Positions 25,300-39,479 of a stretch of 64,000 nucleotides of DNA are shown here, piece by piece. Numbering within the stretch: the stretch's first letter is position 1; the number at the start of each line of letters is the position of its first letter. The stretch covers positions 15,128,001 through 15,192,000 of the forward strand of contig NC_087436.1 of NCBI RefSeq assembly GCF_036321535.1. Direction: 5' to 3'. The position numbers and the translations under genes were made by a program. The notes under the pieces were generated by a model that was not told the origin of the DNA, ran no database searches, and saw only the letters and a list, made by a program, of their open reading frames with translations. This DNA comes from Camelus dromedarius. Its lineage: Eukaryota.

Positions 25300-25808
25300 A
25301 GAGTAGACACCTGTGACACCGCCCCCACCTACGTCATTCCCCCTCCGTCCACCTCTGACTTCAGCTGTGGCTGCAGGGACATCCCTGAGTAATCTCAGAC
25401 TCACCTTTCCCTGTCAGTGTCCGTCCCATGGGCTTTTCTGCTGGGCAGGTTCTCGGATGCCACGAGTCACTCTTGTGCATCCTGGGAGTGGCAGGGGATA
25501 AAGTTTGTTAATACCCCTGGAGCAACCTGCAGTCAGTAGGAATGAGAACCAGTAGATAAGTGCTACAATCTTCCATTCTTCAGGGAACAATCCTGGGATA
25601 CATAGGTACACTTGGCTAGAGGTTCTGACAGAATCAAGCCCTTACTGCCCATACTGTAACCTCAGTAACACTCATCTATAGGCTTTTTCTTCTCCCCTGT
25701 CTCAGTCTCCCTGTTTGCTCACTCCTGCTTCCTGGGACCATCTCCTTAATAAAATACCTGCTCTGAAGACTCTCACATTCTGCTTTTGAAGGAACCCAAA
25801 CTAAGACA
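25300..25808 (+). mobile_element. ERVL LTR (LTR16-like)
   Basis: cacctctgacttcagctg near the start, and the 3' end ctgcttcctgggaccatctccttaataaaatacctg...ggaacccaaactaagaca. Confidence 0.8.
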
Positions 25809-27049
25809 TGGAATTTTCAGATGTTATTTACAAATAGGCCATTCTCCGTGGAAATCGCTAAACAGCAACAAAATAATTAAATAAGAAATCAGGTCATTCC
25901 AGTAAGGCAATAATTCTTGACTCACAAGGGGAAAGTGGTAGAAAGAGGGACAAGTGCCCCAGGAGAAGTGCAGAAGAGTCATCCAGGGGGCTTTTCAAAC
26001 TCCATCCTTGAACTTCTGACTTACCTTTATGCAGTATTACGTAATTCACTCCCTCAGAATCACAGCCACATTAAATCACCATCTTGTCACCATTGCTGAT
26101 GAGAAAATGTGTTGTGTGGGGCAGGAAAAGAAGTTTGCTATACTGACAGCTTTTTAAAGACAAATTTTTTCAGATGCAATTTGGTACATTACTCAATAGT
26201 CTAAGCTATTTTTAATTGCAGTTTAATTTAACTCTGGTCTTCTTGTCCGCATGCTTAGAGTATTGGAGCTAAATAAGGAGAAAGCCTGAGCTTTTCTTTC
26301 TAGCATTTGTGTTGAACTTGGAAAGTCCTTATCACTCCTCCAGGCCCCTTTTGCCTTCTTGGTGAATCAGAAGATGACCATGCCATGGAATTGCACCTCT
26401 ACTCTGACAGCATAAAACTCCTGACCTGTTTTTCTCCTTTGATTCTTTAAAGAACAGCAAAACTCCCCTTTCCCAGCAACTTTCTAGTTAGAATTTGCCA
26501 ACTAAGTGTAACTTGGAATTTGCATGTAATTCTTTCAGCAACTCTCTGGAAACCTGGAAAATTTACAACTGCACAAGAGACCTCTATATAAGGGGGGGAA
26601 AGTTGCAGAGAATACTCTCTACTCAGAATAAATCATTTTAAATAACAAATATTGAATAAGGCCTTTTGGCACATAGATTTAAATTAGAGCACAGCAGCCG
26701 TACATTTCAAAACAATTTAGTTGAAAGCTAGGGGTTGGTGGGAATACTTTAAGCCTGGCACATATGGAGTGGCCACTGCAGACATTATCAGTTGATTGAA
26801 GCAATGCAGACATTATTAGTTGATCATAGCACTCTCTCTCACCAAATCTGGATGGAGCTTCTGTATTCTTCTCAACACAGGTTGAACAAGGTTCTTAAAT
26901 TGATAGAAAAAAATCAGGAAAGACAAATCAGAAAAACATTAAGGATACAAACACAAACAAAACAAAGCTCTTGCCTTTATGGAGCTAGCTTTGTACAGGG
27001 GAAGCACAATAAATCAATAAACAAAAATATTTTTTATATTTGGAGCAGA

Positions 27050-27560
27050 GTTTGACAGTTGACTTTGAAGTACCTATTTTTTTTTTTTTTTTTTTTTTTG
27101 CTTCTCTCTCAAATTAACAGAATAATTATTTTTACCTGGACACATGGTCTCCCAGATAAAAGACCACATTTTCTCAGCCTCTCTCATAGTTAGGTGTGGC
27201 ACAAGACTAAGTTCTGATCAATAATACATATGCAGATAAACTTTGTGGGTCTTGCAGGAAGTTTTCTTAAAAGAGAGGGGGCAAATCCTTCTTTCTCTTT
27301 TCTTCCATCCTGCTGCTGGGAAACTGGATGTGATGGCTAGAGACTCAGCAGCCTTCTTCAACCTAGAGGATTGGGTCACATCTGAGGCACTGTGCTTCGG
27401 AAAGCTGGAAGAAATCTTTAGTTCTCAATAATTATGTCAGTACCATACCAGCTCTGGACTGTCCACCTTCAGACTTCTTCTGTCTAAGAAAGAAAAAAAT
27501 TTCCACTTTATTTAAGCTGTCACTTTTCAAGTTTCTGCTATTCATAAGTAACCTAATCCT
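27050..27560 (+). mobile_element. MaLR LTR (MLT1-type) with internal poly-T
   Basis: cattttctcagcctc...ttaggtgtggc...actaagttctg...tgtgatggctagagactcagcagcc...tttatttaagc...cctaatcctga. Confidence 0.75.
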
Positions 27561-28344
27561 GAAAATTTTAAAATACATATACACACACCTTACCTAACAT
27601 TGAACTAGATACATAAGAGTGAAATATATATCCAATAGTGGGTATTAATTGGTCATAGAAGAGATGCAGACTTCAGTGTTTCAATTGGAACAAATAATTA
27701 TAGATTTGAATATTGACATTTGGCAGGAGTAAAAGTACATATTTTCTTGTCTTTCACGGTTGTAGATTGTATTTACGGGTGGCATCATTTCTGAAAATTT
27801 TCAGTGTTTGCATCTAGTAAATTAATGAATGGTTAAACTGCTATATTAAATTGAGAGATTGTTTTCTGTTATAAAACAGTTTACAGAGCCATAAATTCCC
27901 ATTCGCATTGGGTATTCCAAGGGAACGTGTTTCATCTGCATTCTAGGCTTCTTTGTCTTCTTTCATCAAAGCCTCAGCACCATTGAAACACCAGGGCTGC
28001 AATCCTACCGTCTTGTTTTTTAAAGCACCAAAGCTGTGCTGATTTGCATGTTAGCTGGCATAAATTTGAATATTAATTTTAATCGGTATTGCCTCTAAAT
28101 CTAGAAAATAAATACAGCCTGCTGCAATTACACAGATGACCAGTATTTAGGGCACATGGTTGCCTAAAAGTTTTAAACCTTCTACATTTAATTTTTCTCA
28201 GATTATACTTAACACATACACTCACACAACCTTACTCACAAAGTGGTCAAATTATAGGTTGTGAACTTTACAATGAATTTATTCCCTCAGACAGATGTAA
28301 AAGTTCCCATTTTGGAAAAATTAATAATCCAGTTTCAGGAATAC

Positions 28345-28640
28345 ATTGACCAGAATCCTTCTCTTAGTTGCAAAAGACAGAAAACCAACCTAAAACTGCT
28401 CGAAGCTAAATTGAGGATGTATTGGCTCATGCGATTTGGAAGTCCAAGGGGTTATCTGACTTTGGGTACAACAGGACTGAGGGTTCAAATGATTTCTCTC
28501 CCTCCATCTGTCTGATCTGCCTGACTCCACTGGTTTCATTCTCAGACAGATTCCCTCTACATGTGGTAGCAAGAGAGCCCTGCCAGTCCCCAAGCCAATA
28601 CTGTCTTCACACCTTATCATCTCAGAAGAGTCCTCTCTCT
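28345..28640 (-). mobile_element. Old MaLR LTR (MLT1K/L-like)
   Basis: ttagttgcaaaagacagaaaaccaac...tattggctcatg...gaagtccaaggg. Confidence 0.6.
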
Positions 28641-28940
28641 CAATATCAACCCCCAGAAGGAAGTTGTTCCTGGCCAGCCTCGGTCAAGTGCCCAGCCTTC
28701 CCAGGGACAGCCTTGCCGATTCCCAGAATCCCACGCCATTAGGAAGGAACGGTTGCCGAAGGACACAGTGGGTGCGGAGAAAACAAACAAAAAAAGGAAT
28801 GTGTGTACTCATGAAGAGAATGAGTGGATTTGGTGAGATGAAAATGAGACCAACTGAGCACTGGGCTAGACAATCCGTGTCCCTTCTTGGCTGGTCCAGG
28901 CTGCTAGTGTGGAAAACCACTAGGAAGCCAGCCGCACATA

Positions 28941-29105
28941 CTAGTGCCTCTCAAATGTAACATGCTTTCACATCACCTGGCGTTTTGTTATAGTACAGCT
29001 TCTGACTCAGTAGGTCTGGGGTGGGGCCCAGCACTCTGCAGGTACAACAAATTCCTAGGTCATGCTGATTCTGCTGGTTCCCAGAGCACACTTTGAGCAT
29101 TAAGG
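28941..29105. mobile_element. MER5-type hAT MITE
   Basis: catcacctgg...ttctgactcagtaggtctggggtggggccca...gctgattctgctgg...cacactttgag. Confidence 0.85.
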
Positions 29106-31809
29106 ATAGACCCTCAATCACTACGGAAAGTCTGTTTGACCCCAAGAGTGCAGCTCCCTGTCTCTCTTCAGCCTTGTTTCATCATTTTCATGTTGGCACA
29201 GCCTCGGATCCTCTGGATAAAGCTGTCTTTACCACTGCCATCCGGGGGTTAACATGGCTAAAGTCCCTGCCCTTTTGAACCTCCTGACACAGTTTTACTG
29301 GCTTCTGCCTCAGGTAAGAGTCCCCAGTGGGCGAGTCCCCGGTGGGCAAGCCTCCTTCTCTGTGACTGGCCACTGTCAAAGCAGATACACTGTGCTGAGC
29401 CATTAGGTCTCATCGCTCTTTGACCGCCTTTCTATTGGCATTCTCCTAAATTACGGAGAGTTTAGGAAAACTATCCCATTGCTAGCACTACTCTCTGGAC
29501 AAGCAAAATTACTTGTTTGCATAATTTACCACAAATTCGTAAGTCTTACTCAGCACCTGGGTGTTCTTGTTCATTTAGCATGCAGGTGTATAAAAGATGC
29601 ATAAGACCTTCTCTGGGACACTCTCCAGACCTAATACTCATCAGCTGCATCCTAAACAAACAAGAATTTCATCTGGGCTTCCGAACAGGGGCATGAGAAT
29701 GTGAACAACACGTGGAACTAAGCATTACTGAGCTGAAGGCTGCATTTCTGTGCTTTTCTCTCTGCCTTTTCCACACACTCAGCCCTGACTCCCCTCCCAG
29801 CCTCACTGACCTAGCCCACGTCCAACATTCCGCTTTGCTATCTCCATGAAGGAGCAAGGGGTGAAGGGAACACTTAGCAGAACTGAAAAAAATCTCACAT
29901 GGTGCACTTTTCTCCATCTTTAGTAAATGAATTCAGGTGAAAACTAACTTCAAGGGTGGTTTTAAAGGGGAAGAGAATTCCTGAATAGTATTTGCCAACG
30001 TAGAGAGGAGCAATCCCATTCATTTGACCCAGGAGATCCCAGAAGTATATAGACTGCTTGCATTTAATGTAAATTTTGCTGGTGAAGCCATCTCTGTCTC
30101 CTCCCTTTTTTCCCTCTCTGAGTCACTGCTAAGAAGAAAGGAGGAAGAAAGAAGAGATAGAGATTCTGTAACACCAGCTTGTTCCCTCGCTGCAGACCTC
30201 CCCCAACCCTCCAGCCCAGAGTTCACTTGCTACTTCTTTGCAAATGTCTCTCTGAGAGTCATGGCTTAGAACTCACTGCCCCAAAGGAATAAAATGTCAG
30301 TCCAGCCAAGTGTTTAATTGCAGGCACTTGTTTGAGGTATAGGGCTCAATTTCCTGTACAAAAAAAAAATAAGCCCTTCATAAGAATCAAAAATTCATAC
30401 TGCATTTTGTAGGAATCTGATGGGAAATTATGTCTGGGGAAATTTTTGCAACTTAAGATATGCAAATTCACTATTTGATTGTAATGCCAACCCGGGATGC
30501 AGTGTTCTTACCCTTGTCTCCTAGAAGATGAGAGGCTATAAACACTAGTGTATTAAAAATGTATCCACCAAAGTAAAATTAGTGCTCAGCAAATTCTTAT
30601 TTTCTAGAACTTTATTTCTCAGACGGATTGGTATAGTTTTGAGTGGTACCTATTGCCAGCCTATCAAACCTGATAGAGGGTTGTATCAGATAATACACTG
30701 TGAACTAGGGATCAATCCTACACTAGTCTCAGGGGATGTAGCTAGTGACCTAATAGAATGTTTCCAATTCTAATTTCTCTGTTTCTGTGAAATCAATTTT
30801 TCTATAACCTATAATCAGTACATGAGTGTTTTGCAAAAACTAATCGTATTGGCATAATAAGCATGTCAAGTTATGGTGTGATGAATGTTCTGTTGTCCTT
30901 TTATTGAAACTAATAGAGCAGTGTTAAAAGGAATAAAATACTCAAAATGATCACATTTTATGGCTTTGGATTTTTTTCCTAGCCTTTTCAATTTGATAGT
31001 ACAGCATACTGGCTCTCAATCTCCTTTTATGAGTATTTGAGTTTAAACCTGTTAAAAATGACAAAGAAATGGCTAAGAAGAAGCATTTTCCCACTCTCTG
31101 ACCCTCAGCAGTGTGGTCGAGAAATAGCCAGCCTATGGCATCTTCATCTGCGAGGTTCATATGTCAGCTGCTGCCGCCGGGAAGGCTGGATGAGGAAGAA
31201 GAGTTACGAGGATAAGCCTTCTGCTTTGTAATGTTGACAAATTAGCCGATCTCAGCTCCTCGTTTCAAAACTGCTTCCACCCAAGGAGAATCGGGTGAAA
31301 TTGAAGTTGGTCATGCTAACCCAGAATGACCCTGAATGAAATAGACCTCTCTGTTTCCTAGGCATAAAGATTACAGTGGACACATCCATCAGGAGGCCCA
31401 CAGTATCACAGATTTATCTTCCTAATTTGAACTTTACAGGCATTGGAAACTGCGGCTTTATTGCTACTTATTATTGTTGTTGTTATTTAATGGGATTTGG
31501 AAGCCTCTCCCAAAACAGATGGGCTCTCCTCTTTGATACTTATCACAATCGTGGCTGATAATTAGTTTTTGATTATATATTTAAGGTTTGATTCCCCCAC
31601 TAGGCTCAAAGTGCTATAAAGCCAAGAAATGTACTCATCCTCCAAAGCTTATAGCCCCAGTGGCTAGCACAGGTCCTCAGTAAGTAGAGGGACCAGTTTG
31701 CTAAGCACTGGTTTTTACCTGTTGTCCTGTAATAATCACTAGGATCTATCATCTCTCTATCATTAAGTGTGTGTTAGACAGATAAATGGACGAGCCATTG
31801 CTTGGCCAT

Positions 31810-31945
31810 GGATTGGAAATGGCCCTGGGCTTGGAGTCAAGAGGAAGTGATTAGAGTCCTAACTCTGCTCCTTATCAGTTACGTGACTTGAGCAAGTGCT
31901 TTAAGCTCTCTGGGGCGAAGCTTCTTCACCATGAAATGAGAAGAA
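31810..31945 (+). mobile_element. MIR
   Basis: ctgggcttggagtcaag...gagtcctaactctgc...gtgacttgagcaagt...ctctctg. Confidence 0.75.
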
Positions 31946-32020
31946 TCTAGATCAAATAGGATGCCTACTGGATTGTAACTTCTCCATACATATTTCTTTT
32001 TTTTCTTTTTACATTTAAGG

Positions 32021-32222
32021 CAGCACCATCCAATCTAACTTTCTGCAATGATGAAAAAGTTCAGTATCTGCACTGTCCAAAAGGATAGCCACAGGTGGAT
32101 ATAGACAGCCTGAAATGGGGCTAAGGCAACGGAGGAGCTGAATTTTTAATTTTGTAGAATTTTTAATTAGCTTAAATTTAAATAGCCGCATGTTGCTAGG
32201 GCAACTATATTGGACAGCACAG
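32021..32222. mobile_element. MER3-like hAT MITE
   Basis: tccaatctaactttctgcaatgatgaaaaagttc...ttaaatttaaatagccgcatg...tattggacagcacag. 8-bp TSD atttaagg (32013-32020) / atctaagg (32223-32230). Confidence 0.88.
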
Positions 32223-34647
32223 ATCTAAGGGGTTCCATAGCTTTTTAAAGACCCAGAGGGATAACATAAATAACAAGCTTTAATAGAGCTCCCGATAGCT
32301 GTTCTGGGGTCTTCAGCATCTAGGATGAATGAGTACATTCCATTTCCTTTTGTGAATCGCTTCTTCCGGGACTGACCAGTTTGCATTGCTTTAGTAAGCT
32401 GCCAACATTTGGATACTCCTTAACTTTCAGAACCCAGGACAGTTCTCATAACTATAACACATGTTTGATATGAAATGACTTCTTTCCACCCCTGAGAGAC
32501 AGAAACCTCAGAGAACACTCACCATGCTTGGAGAACCATAATGTTACACCAGTACTTGTCTCCCATTAAAACTGTGACACCACCAAATGTGATTTACTTA
32601 TGAAGAAAACACCCTGTAGTCACTTGGACTTTCTTCTAACTTTGGTGAGCAACATCCTTGGCCACTTGAATGTCAATATTTTAAATTTGGGATTTAAATT
32701 TAAAGTTGAGGCCAGGGTGGGGCAGGTTTCTGTCAATAAAAACTTCAGACTGTTGCATTAGTCCTTGACTAATGGTTAACTCTTCACTTAAGGGAGGAAG
32801 AAAATGGAGTGATTCTAGAAAAATTAACTGGAAGAATTATTTTGACACTTGACTTGGAAAAGGGACATCGTTAAAAATCTCTGATGAGCTTTCTCTGTAG
32901 TGACCATTTAAACTTGCAGTCATGAGTCATTCACGTAAAACACAATAGCAGATTGCACTGTGAGCTGATTTTTAAGGCACTGTGTATACTTATTAATAGC
33001 AGAACTTATGATCACCAGAGGACTCGCATGTGTACTGGTTACAAAGTACTCAGTATTGGAATTTCAGAAAGCTGAAAGGAGATCAAATATGTATTTTTAA
33101 TTTGTTTGGATGAACAGTCAAACTGGCTTTCTCTGGAACTAAAGCAAGTTTTTTTTTCACTGCTATAGAGAAAAAACCATTAATACCTAATAGCCCGGGC
33201 TTACCAGCTACTGCTTAAAGACAACAGTACTAGAATAACTACCATTTTGTCCCTTCGGTTAACTTATGAGGTTTTTTTTTTTTTCTTTTATGGATGCCCA
33301 GAACTGACCTTTCAGAATGTGCCCGGATGAAGAATTCATTTGCAATCATTGTCACCACAACTTTAGCTAGAAAAGCAGCTAAATCTCTTCCAAATCTGGA
33401 CAGACTAAAAGTGTAGGCATTTTTACAGGCAAATCCAGTTTCTTAACTGGCTCTCCTCGGAAGCCATTGTGCCTGGCTGCCTGGTTCTTGCTGATGGAAA
33501 GTTAAGCCAGAAAACATGACCGGGTAGCCCAGGACCTACTCATTTTTCATTATTACTCCAGGGGAGACTGATTCATGAGATTATATACAGTTACAACATG
33601 ATTAACTCTCTGCTCATCAATTCAATTTTTTTTATTGGAAATGTCGCTGCAAATGCGGCATAAATTTCCTGAGCACAGCATTCAGTTCCACTTTATTATG
33701 CAGCCCAGCTTTCAGAGATAGGAGGGACTATGGCTACTCCTAATTTAATTTCAGAAGAAGAAGTTAGCTCTCCAGCTTGCTACAAACCGAGCTCCATTCC
33801 TGACGTTATCCACTAGGCTAACTGAGACAGGCTAGAAATACCTGTGTGAATTGTGATATCAAAGAGTAACTCTGAATCTGAAAGAAATGTGCAGAGCCTC
33901 AGAAATTTCCTGGAATCGCCAAGTCCGTGCCTCCAACAAAGGCAGCTGAGCCCTGCAGCACAGTTTACATGTGGTTATCGGCATTTGTACATGCCCAAAT
34001 CTACTATTAAGAGCATCACTCCAATCTTCTGGCATCTCAGAATTCCCAGAACAAAGCCACTGGCCTTCCAGGAGGTAACTTGGTGTTCAGAGAAGTCCCT
34101 CTCTATTAGAGGAAATAAATAAGTTGATGCCTTTTTAATCTGAGCAGATGCATGGAGTTTCCTATGGGGAATTCTCACAAGGACGTTTTTACTTGAATGT
34201 TTCTCGGTAAGAGAGAAGGGAGAGCCGGGTATCCTCCTGGATCAGAAGCACAGATTTTCATTAACTTGTGATAAATATATATGTATCAAATCCAAATCCA
34301 CTTAAAGAGGTGGAAATTACCCTTTTGGTTTATTGGACCAGGCAGGGACTATCAGTTCCATCGGGTCTTAACAGAGATTCAACAGCTCCATAATTGAAGA
34401 AACTTTTCAAGGATTGTAGGTATTATTTAGCCTTTCTGTTACCTAGGATCCACACCAGGAAAATTACGTGCAAACACAAATCAGATATTCTCCCAGGACT
34501 TATCTGCAGAATGTTGCTTGGTGAGAATTCCCACAGCATCAAAATTATGCTTAGAGGGAAAAAAAAATGGGAGACTCATAGTGAACCATGCTGCTTTTCA
34601 CAGGAACAAAGCAATACAAAAAAAAAAAAAAAAAAAAAAAAAAAGCT

Positions 34648-34800
34648 GGGGGTTGGGGTATAGCTCAGCAGTAGAGTGCACGCTTACCATGCAGGAGGTC
34701 CTGGGTTCAATCCCCAGTACTTCCATTAAAAATAATACTAATAAAAAAAACAAACAAAAATGCCAATTATTTTTTAAAAATTAAAAAAAATAATAAAAGC
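34648..34800 (+). mobile_element. tRNA-derived SINE (vic-1-like), preceded by a long A run
   Basis: ggggtatagctcagcagtagagtgcacgcttaccatgcaggaggtcctgggttcaatccccagtac plus an A-rich tail. Confidence 0.9.
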
Positions 34801-35097
34801 CTGTGACAAATTATTTTCCTCCTCACTGCTCTTCTCCTATTAGGGACAACTTCCAGTTTGTCAGCAGCCTGAATGTGAAGGAGCGTCTCAGGCCAACCCT
34901 GCTACAGTTTCTGTGTCTGGAGAATTTTCAGATGTGCTGAAGCTAACGAACAAAAAGTCTTTATATAGGAACCCAAAATTTTCACATAAGTACATATTTG
35001 TGGGTGTGAGCGTGGGTGTGCGTGTACATGCACGTAGGGGAGCTACGAATACCTCACATAACCTTGTTATGTAAAAATAATATTAAAGATGAAGCAT

Positions 35098-35815
35098 CTT
35101 TTTGTTGTTGTTGTTTGAGTATAGTTAGTTTCAGGTGTACAGCATAGTGATTCTGGGGGTTTTTTTTGCAGATTATATTCCACTGTGGGTTATTACAAGA
35201 TATGGGTATAATTCCCTGTACTATACATTAAATCCTTGTTGCTTATCTATTTTGTGTATAGTAGTTTGTATCCCATACTCTTAATTTGTCCCTCCTCCTA
35301 CTTTAGTAACCACAAGTGTGGTTTTCTATGTCCGTGAATCTGTTTCTGTTTTGTATATAGATTTATTTGTATTATTTTTTAGATTCCACATGTCAGTGAT
35401 ATACTCTATACTATTTGTCTTTCTCTGTCTGACTTATTTCACTCACTTAGCATAATATTCTCTAGGTCCATTCATATTGCTGCAAATGGCAATATTTCAT
35501 TCTTTTTATGGCTGAGTAATATTCCATTGTATTTATATACCACATCTTCTTAAGCCAGTTGTCTGTTGATGGTCACTTGGGTTGTTTCCATGTCTTGGCT
35601 AGTGTAAATAGTGCTGCTGTGAACATTGGGGTGCATGTATCTTTTCAAATTAAAGTTTTCTTTTTTTTCCAGATATATACCCAGGAGTGGAATTACTGGA
35701 TTATATAGTAACTCTATTTTTAGTTTTTGAAGGAAATGCCATACTGTTTTTCATAGTGGCTGCACCAATTTACATTCCCACAACTGTGTACAAGGGTTCC
35801 CATTACTCCACAAGG
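35098..35815 (-). mobile_element. 5'-truncated L1
   Basis: Antisense match to the other L1 3' ends (tagattccacat, tgctgcaaatggc, atggctgagtaatattccattgt). TSD core gatgaagcat at 35088-35097 / 35816-35825. Confidence 0.93.
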
Positions 35816-36248
35816 GATGAAGCATTTGAAATTACATCTGCTAATTTACCCCTCTGTGATTTTGGAACAACTTTACAATATTGCCAAATTTCTCATCTAG
35901 AAAAATAAACATTCAGGAAGGGGTAAGAAGAATATTTAAAAGAATAAAAGAGAACTTGCTATACTAGATTTTAAAACTTATGACAAAGCTGCAATCAACA
36001 AAACAGTGTGGTACCAGCACAAGAATAAATGGCCAGACCAATGGAGTGTGGACCCAGAAAACAATATACAGTTTCTGCCACATATAATATAAAGAGAGAG
36101 AGAACATCTGTGGTGTAAGCTGGATTTGAATTCCATATCTACTGCTTCCTACCTGGGTGTTCTTAAGCAAGTTAATACTCTTACTGAATACAAATTACCT
36201 AAATCTAATGGGGGTGATGATATGTATCTTAAAAGGTGTGAGGATTTG

Positions 36249-36401
36249 GGGGAGGGTATAGCTTAAGTAGTAGAGCACATGTATAGCATGCATGTGGTCC
36301 TGGGTTCAATCCCCGGCACCTCCTCTTAAAAAAATAAATAAATAAAAATAAGTAAACCTAATTACCTCCCTTGCCCCCCCCCCAAAAAAAAAGCAGGGGG
36401 T
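36249..36401 (+). mobile_element. tRNA-derived SINE (vic-1-like) inserted in a MIR
   Basis: Head gggagggtatagcttaagtagtagagc and tail aaacctaattacctccc. TSD ggtgtgaggatttg (36235-36248) / ggtgtgaggacttg (36402-36415). MIR-like sequence at ~36110-36245. Confidence 0.92.
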
Positions 36402-36436
36402 GGTGTGAGGACTTGAGAATCAAATGCTATCCTGCA

Positions 36437-36960
36437 TGTATCAATCAAGGTTTTCAGTTCCAAGCAACAGAGACACACTCTGTCTAATTCAGGCCGAAGA
36501 GGAATTTATTCAAGGCTATTATGTTGCTTACAAAAGGTTGGGAGCCAGACATGGGGGAAGGAAGGATCATGGAAGACTGGGTGGCAGCCGGGATGGCAGA
36601 AATTCCTGGCACCAAGGAGCATGTGGAGACTCCCAGCCGCACCACTGAACACTTGGCTGTCACAGTGAGCCCTGCCCTATGTGCTCCTGGAAATTAGGAA
36701 CTGTTGACATAACACATCAGAATGGCCTTTGTTCAGTCAACCTTCTTGGGATCAATAAATCCAGTTGTGAAGCCTGAATGGATCCATTGATTGGTTGAGC
36801 CTCAACATATGCTCACATCTCACCTAAGTGCAGAGGAGTGTGGGAAAGTAAGCTCTTGGCATTTTCAAGTTTTGAAGTCAAGGCAAGCTCACTTTCCCAG
36901 CAAGACTCAAAAGCTCGAGAATTTACCATACCAAGGAAGGAACTTCAGACCCCGAGTCAC
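36437..36960 (-). mobile_element. Old MaLR LTR (MLT1-type)
   Basis: tgtatcaatcaaggttttcagttccaagcaacagagacacactc...gaggaatttatt. Confidence 0.55.
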
Positions 36961-38779
36961 CTAGAAGATGCACAAGTCCTTACAAAATATATCAAAGCTC
37001 CTGACACAGCCTTCAGTAAATGGTGACTGAATATTTTCACAAATCAGTAGGAAAAAGGAAACACTCCATTCTTCAATAAATGGTGCTAAGATGATCTGTT
37101 ATTTGGCAGAAAAAAAACAAATCTACCATTCACCAAAATAAATTCCAATTAGATCAAAGATTAAAAAGAGAAACCTATCTATAAAAATTGCCATATCCCC
37201 CTGAGCCCATCAGTATAGCCCCCCGACCCTCCCTGAGGGGAGGTTCATTCAAGCCAAGTGAGATTTCTAATAAAAACAGGGGAGAGAGGGGCTTACCCCA
37301 CTACCTCTTAGAACCAGACCTATATGCCCCACTCTTCATTTTGCATTTAACCCCCAGTAGGAGATGCTCCTCTTTTATTTACTGAAGCTTATCCTGTGCC
37401 TAACTGACACAAGCCTTTCTTAGGCTCATTCAGATGACGTTACCAAGTGTGACCTAGTGCCTTGGATTGTGTCTTCGCTAATTCATAGGTTCCACCCAGG
37501 CAAGGGCCTTGTTTCACACATCTTTGGGCCCTACTATGCCTGGATCAGTGCTTTGAACATAGGAGACCATCAATTCATGATTGAGGAAGAAACCTGAATC
37601 ACTGGTTAACCATTTTGAAATGTCTGATAATGGTTTCAGCTTTGAGCACTAAGTTAGATAGAGTAATCTCTCTGTTCCTCAATTTCTTTTCCTACAGAAC
37701 AAGTACACTGACATGGCTGCTCCCCCATAACTTCACATCACATCGAATATTGAGTATTGCAGCCTCGAGGAAACAATTCATACGTGACAGCTCTTAAGTT
37801 CACAGATGGATAGCTTTCCAGAGCATGCTCTACTCTTTTTCCTCTCTTATCTATAATCCTTACTGTTCCCAATTTCCACCTGCCACTCCTATATCCAGTT
37901 CTGAAAGACTAGTCAAAAATGAGTGGGGCTGGTCAGAGATATTTCTTTTCTAGCTATATTTCTTGTGTGTTACCTGTTGGCTAATTTTTCTTCTTAATTT
38001 ACTGCTTTTCTCCATCATCAGAATAAATACAGGATCTGAAATATCTGAAACATTAACTTTCCTCATGATTGAAGTGATTTTTGCTCTTCCTTTGGCTTTC
38101 TAAAACTTCTGATGCTTACTTAAGTTGAGAGATCACCTTAAGACTCTTGAATAATGCAAGTAACTATAAATATATACAATACTAACATTACTCTTGCAAA
38201 AAAAAAAGGGGGGGAACTCTTATATATATTATATTTTCATTTTTAAATCTTAAGAGCAAAAACACTGTTAGCCATAATACCTTCCTAAATAACACATGAA
38301 TAAGGATTTACTGTCTCTGGAAAATTCTATTCAGCTCCAGACCCGAACAAGGCCATTTGCTGTTCTGTCTGATTCATCTCTGAGAATGAAAAGAACCAAA
38401 AGTCAGTTCCCTTTTGGACAAACTCTCTTTCATATTTTATTTGCTAATGTACAGCTAATTTCTACATTAAGAACATGCTTACAAGAAAGGTTAGGAAGTT
38501 ATTCACTCCAATCCATTAGCAAATCTGGTTTTAATTGAAATTTTAAATAATTTTTGATAACTATTGTACCTTGGCTTTTGGATTTCAAATAAGATGAATC
38601 TGTTTTCTTTTTGATTTAAAATTACAATAGATTCAGCCCAGTCAAAAGATTCCAGAGTTTCTCCCAGTGAAACACCTTGGGGAATTCTTTAATTCTCACA
38701 AGGAAAATATGTGCTGACCATATATACTCATCACCAAATTTTAAATGATCAAAGAGTTGAACTATATTTGTGATTAGGT

Positions 38780-39094
38780 CAGGGGTCAGCAAACTTTTTC
38801 TGCAAATATTCAGACAGTAAATATTTTAAACTTTATGGTTCTCAGACTCTCAGCTCTGCCATTGTAACACAAAAGCAACTCTACACAATACATTAATGGC
38901 TGAGTGTGGCTGTGTCCCAATAAAACTTTATTTATAAACACTGAGATTGGAATTTCATATCATTTTCATGTGACATGAAATATTCTTCTTCTTTTGATTT
39001 TTTTTCAAAAAGTAAACATCATTGTTAGCTCACAGGAATTATAAAAACAAGGGTGGGCCATATTTAGACAGTGGGCCATAGTTATTGACTGCTG
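38780..39094. mobile_element. MER58B-like hAT MITE
   Basis: caggggtcagcaaactttttctg...ggctgtgtcccaataaaactttattta...gggccatagtt. Confidence 0.88.
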
Positions 39095-39479
39095 CTTAGG
39101 GTAAACTGAAGACAAAATTCTTGAGAAGTTTTCACCTTTATTGAAGCTCAGGTTTTGCCACATCTTGCATAATTCAAGTCCAAACTCTTTCAATTTATGC
39201 TACACTTTCATTCAAAAACAGGATGCTCTGATATTGGATGCTCTCCCATGTACACATGTAGACCATGCTCTCATTTGCTTAAAAAGAAAAACTATATACT
39301 CATATATGCCTCTATGGGTAAAGAAGATCTCGTGAAGGATGTACTGGAAATTTGTCACAGTAGTTGCCTCCACCGAGGGGAATTCGAGGACAAAGGGGAC
39401 AAGAGTGAGTGGGTAACTTAATTTTCACTATATACCATTTTGTACCTTTTGGCTTTTGCACCATTTAATTGAATACATT

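Noticed and set aside
29318..29347. 15-bp tandem duplication (also a ~24-bp period duplication at 62960-63004)
   Set aside because: These are ordinary slippage duplications with two units only and no spacers, so they are not array-like or CRISPR-like.
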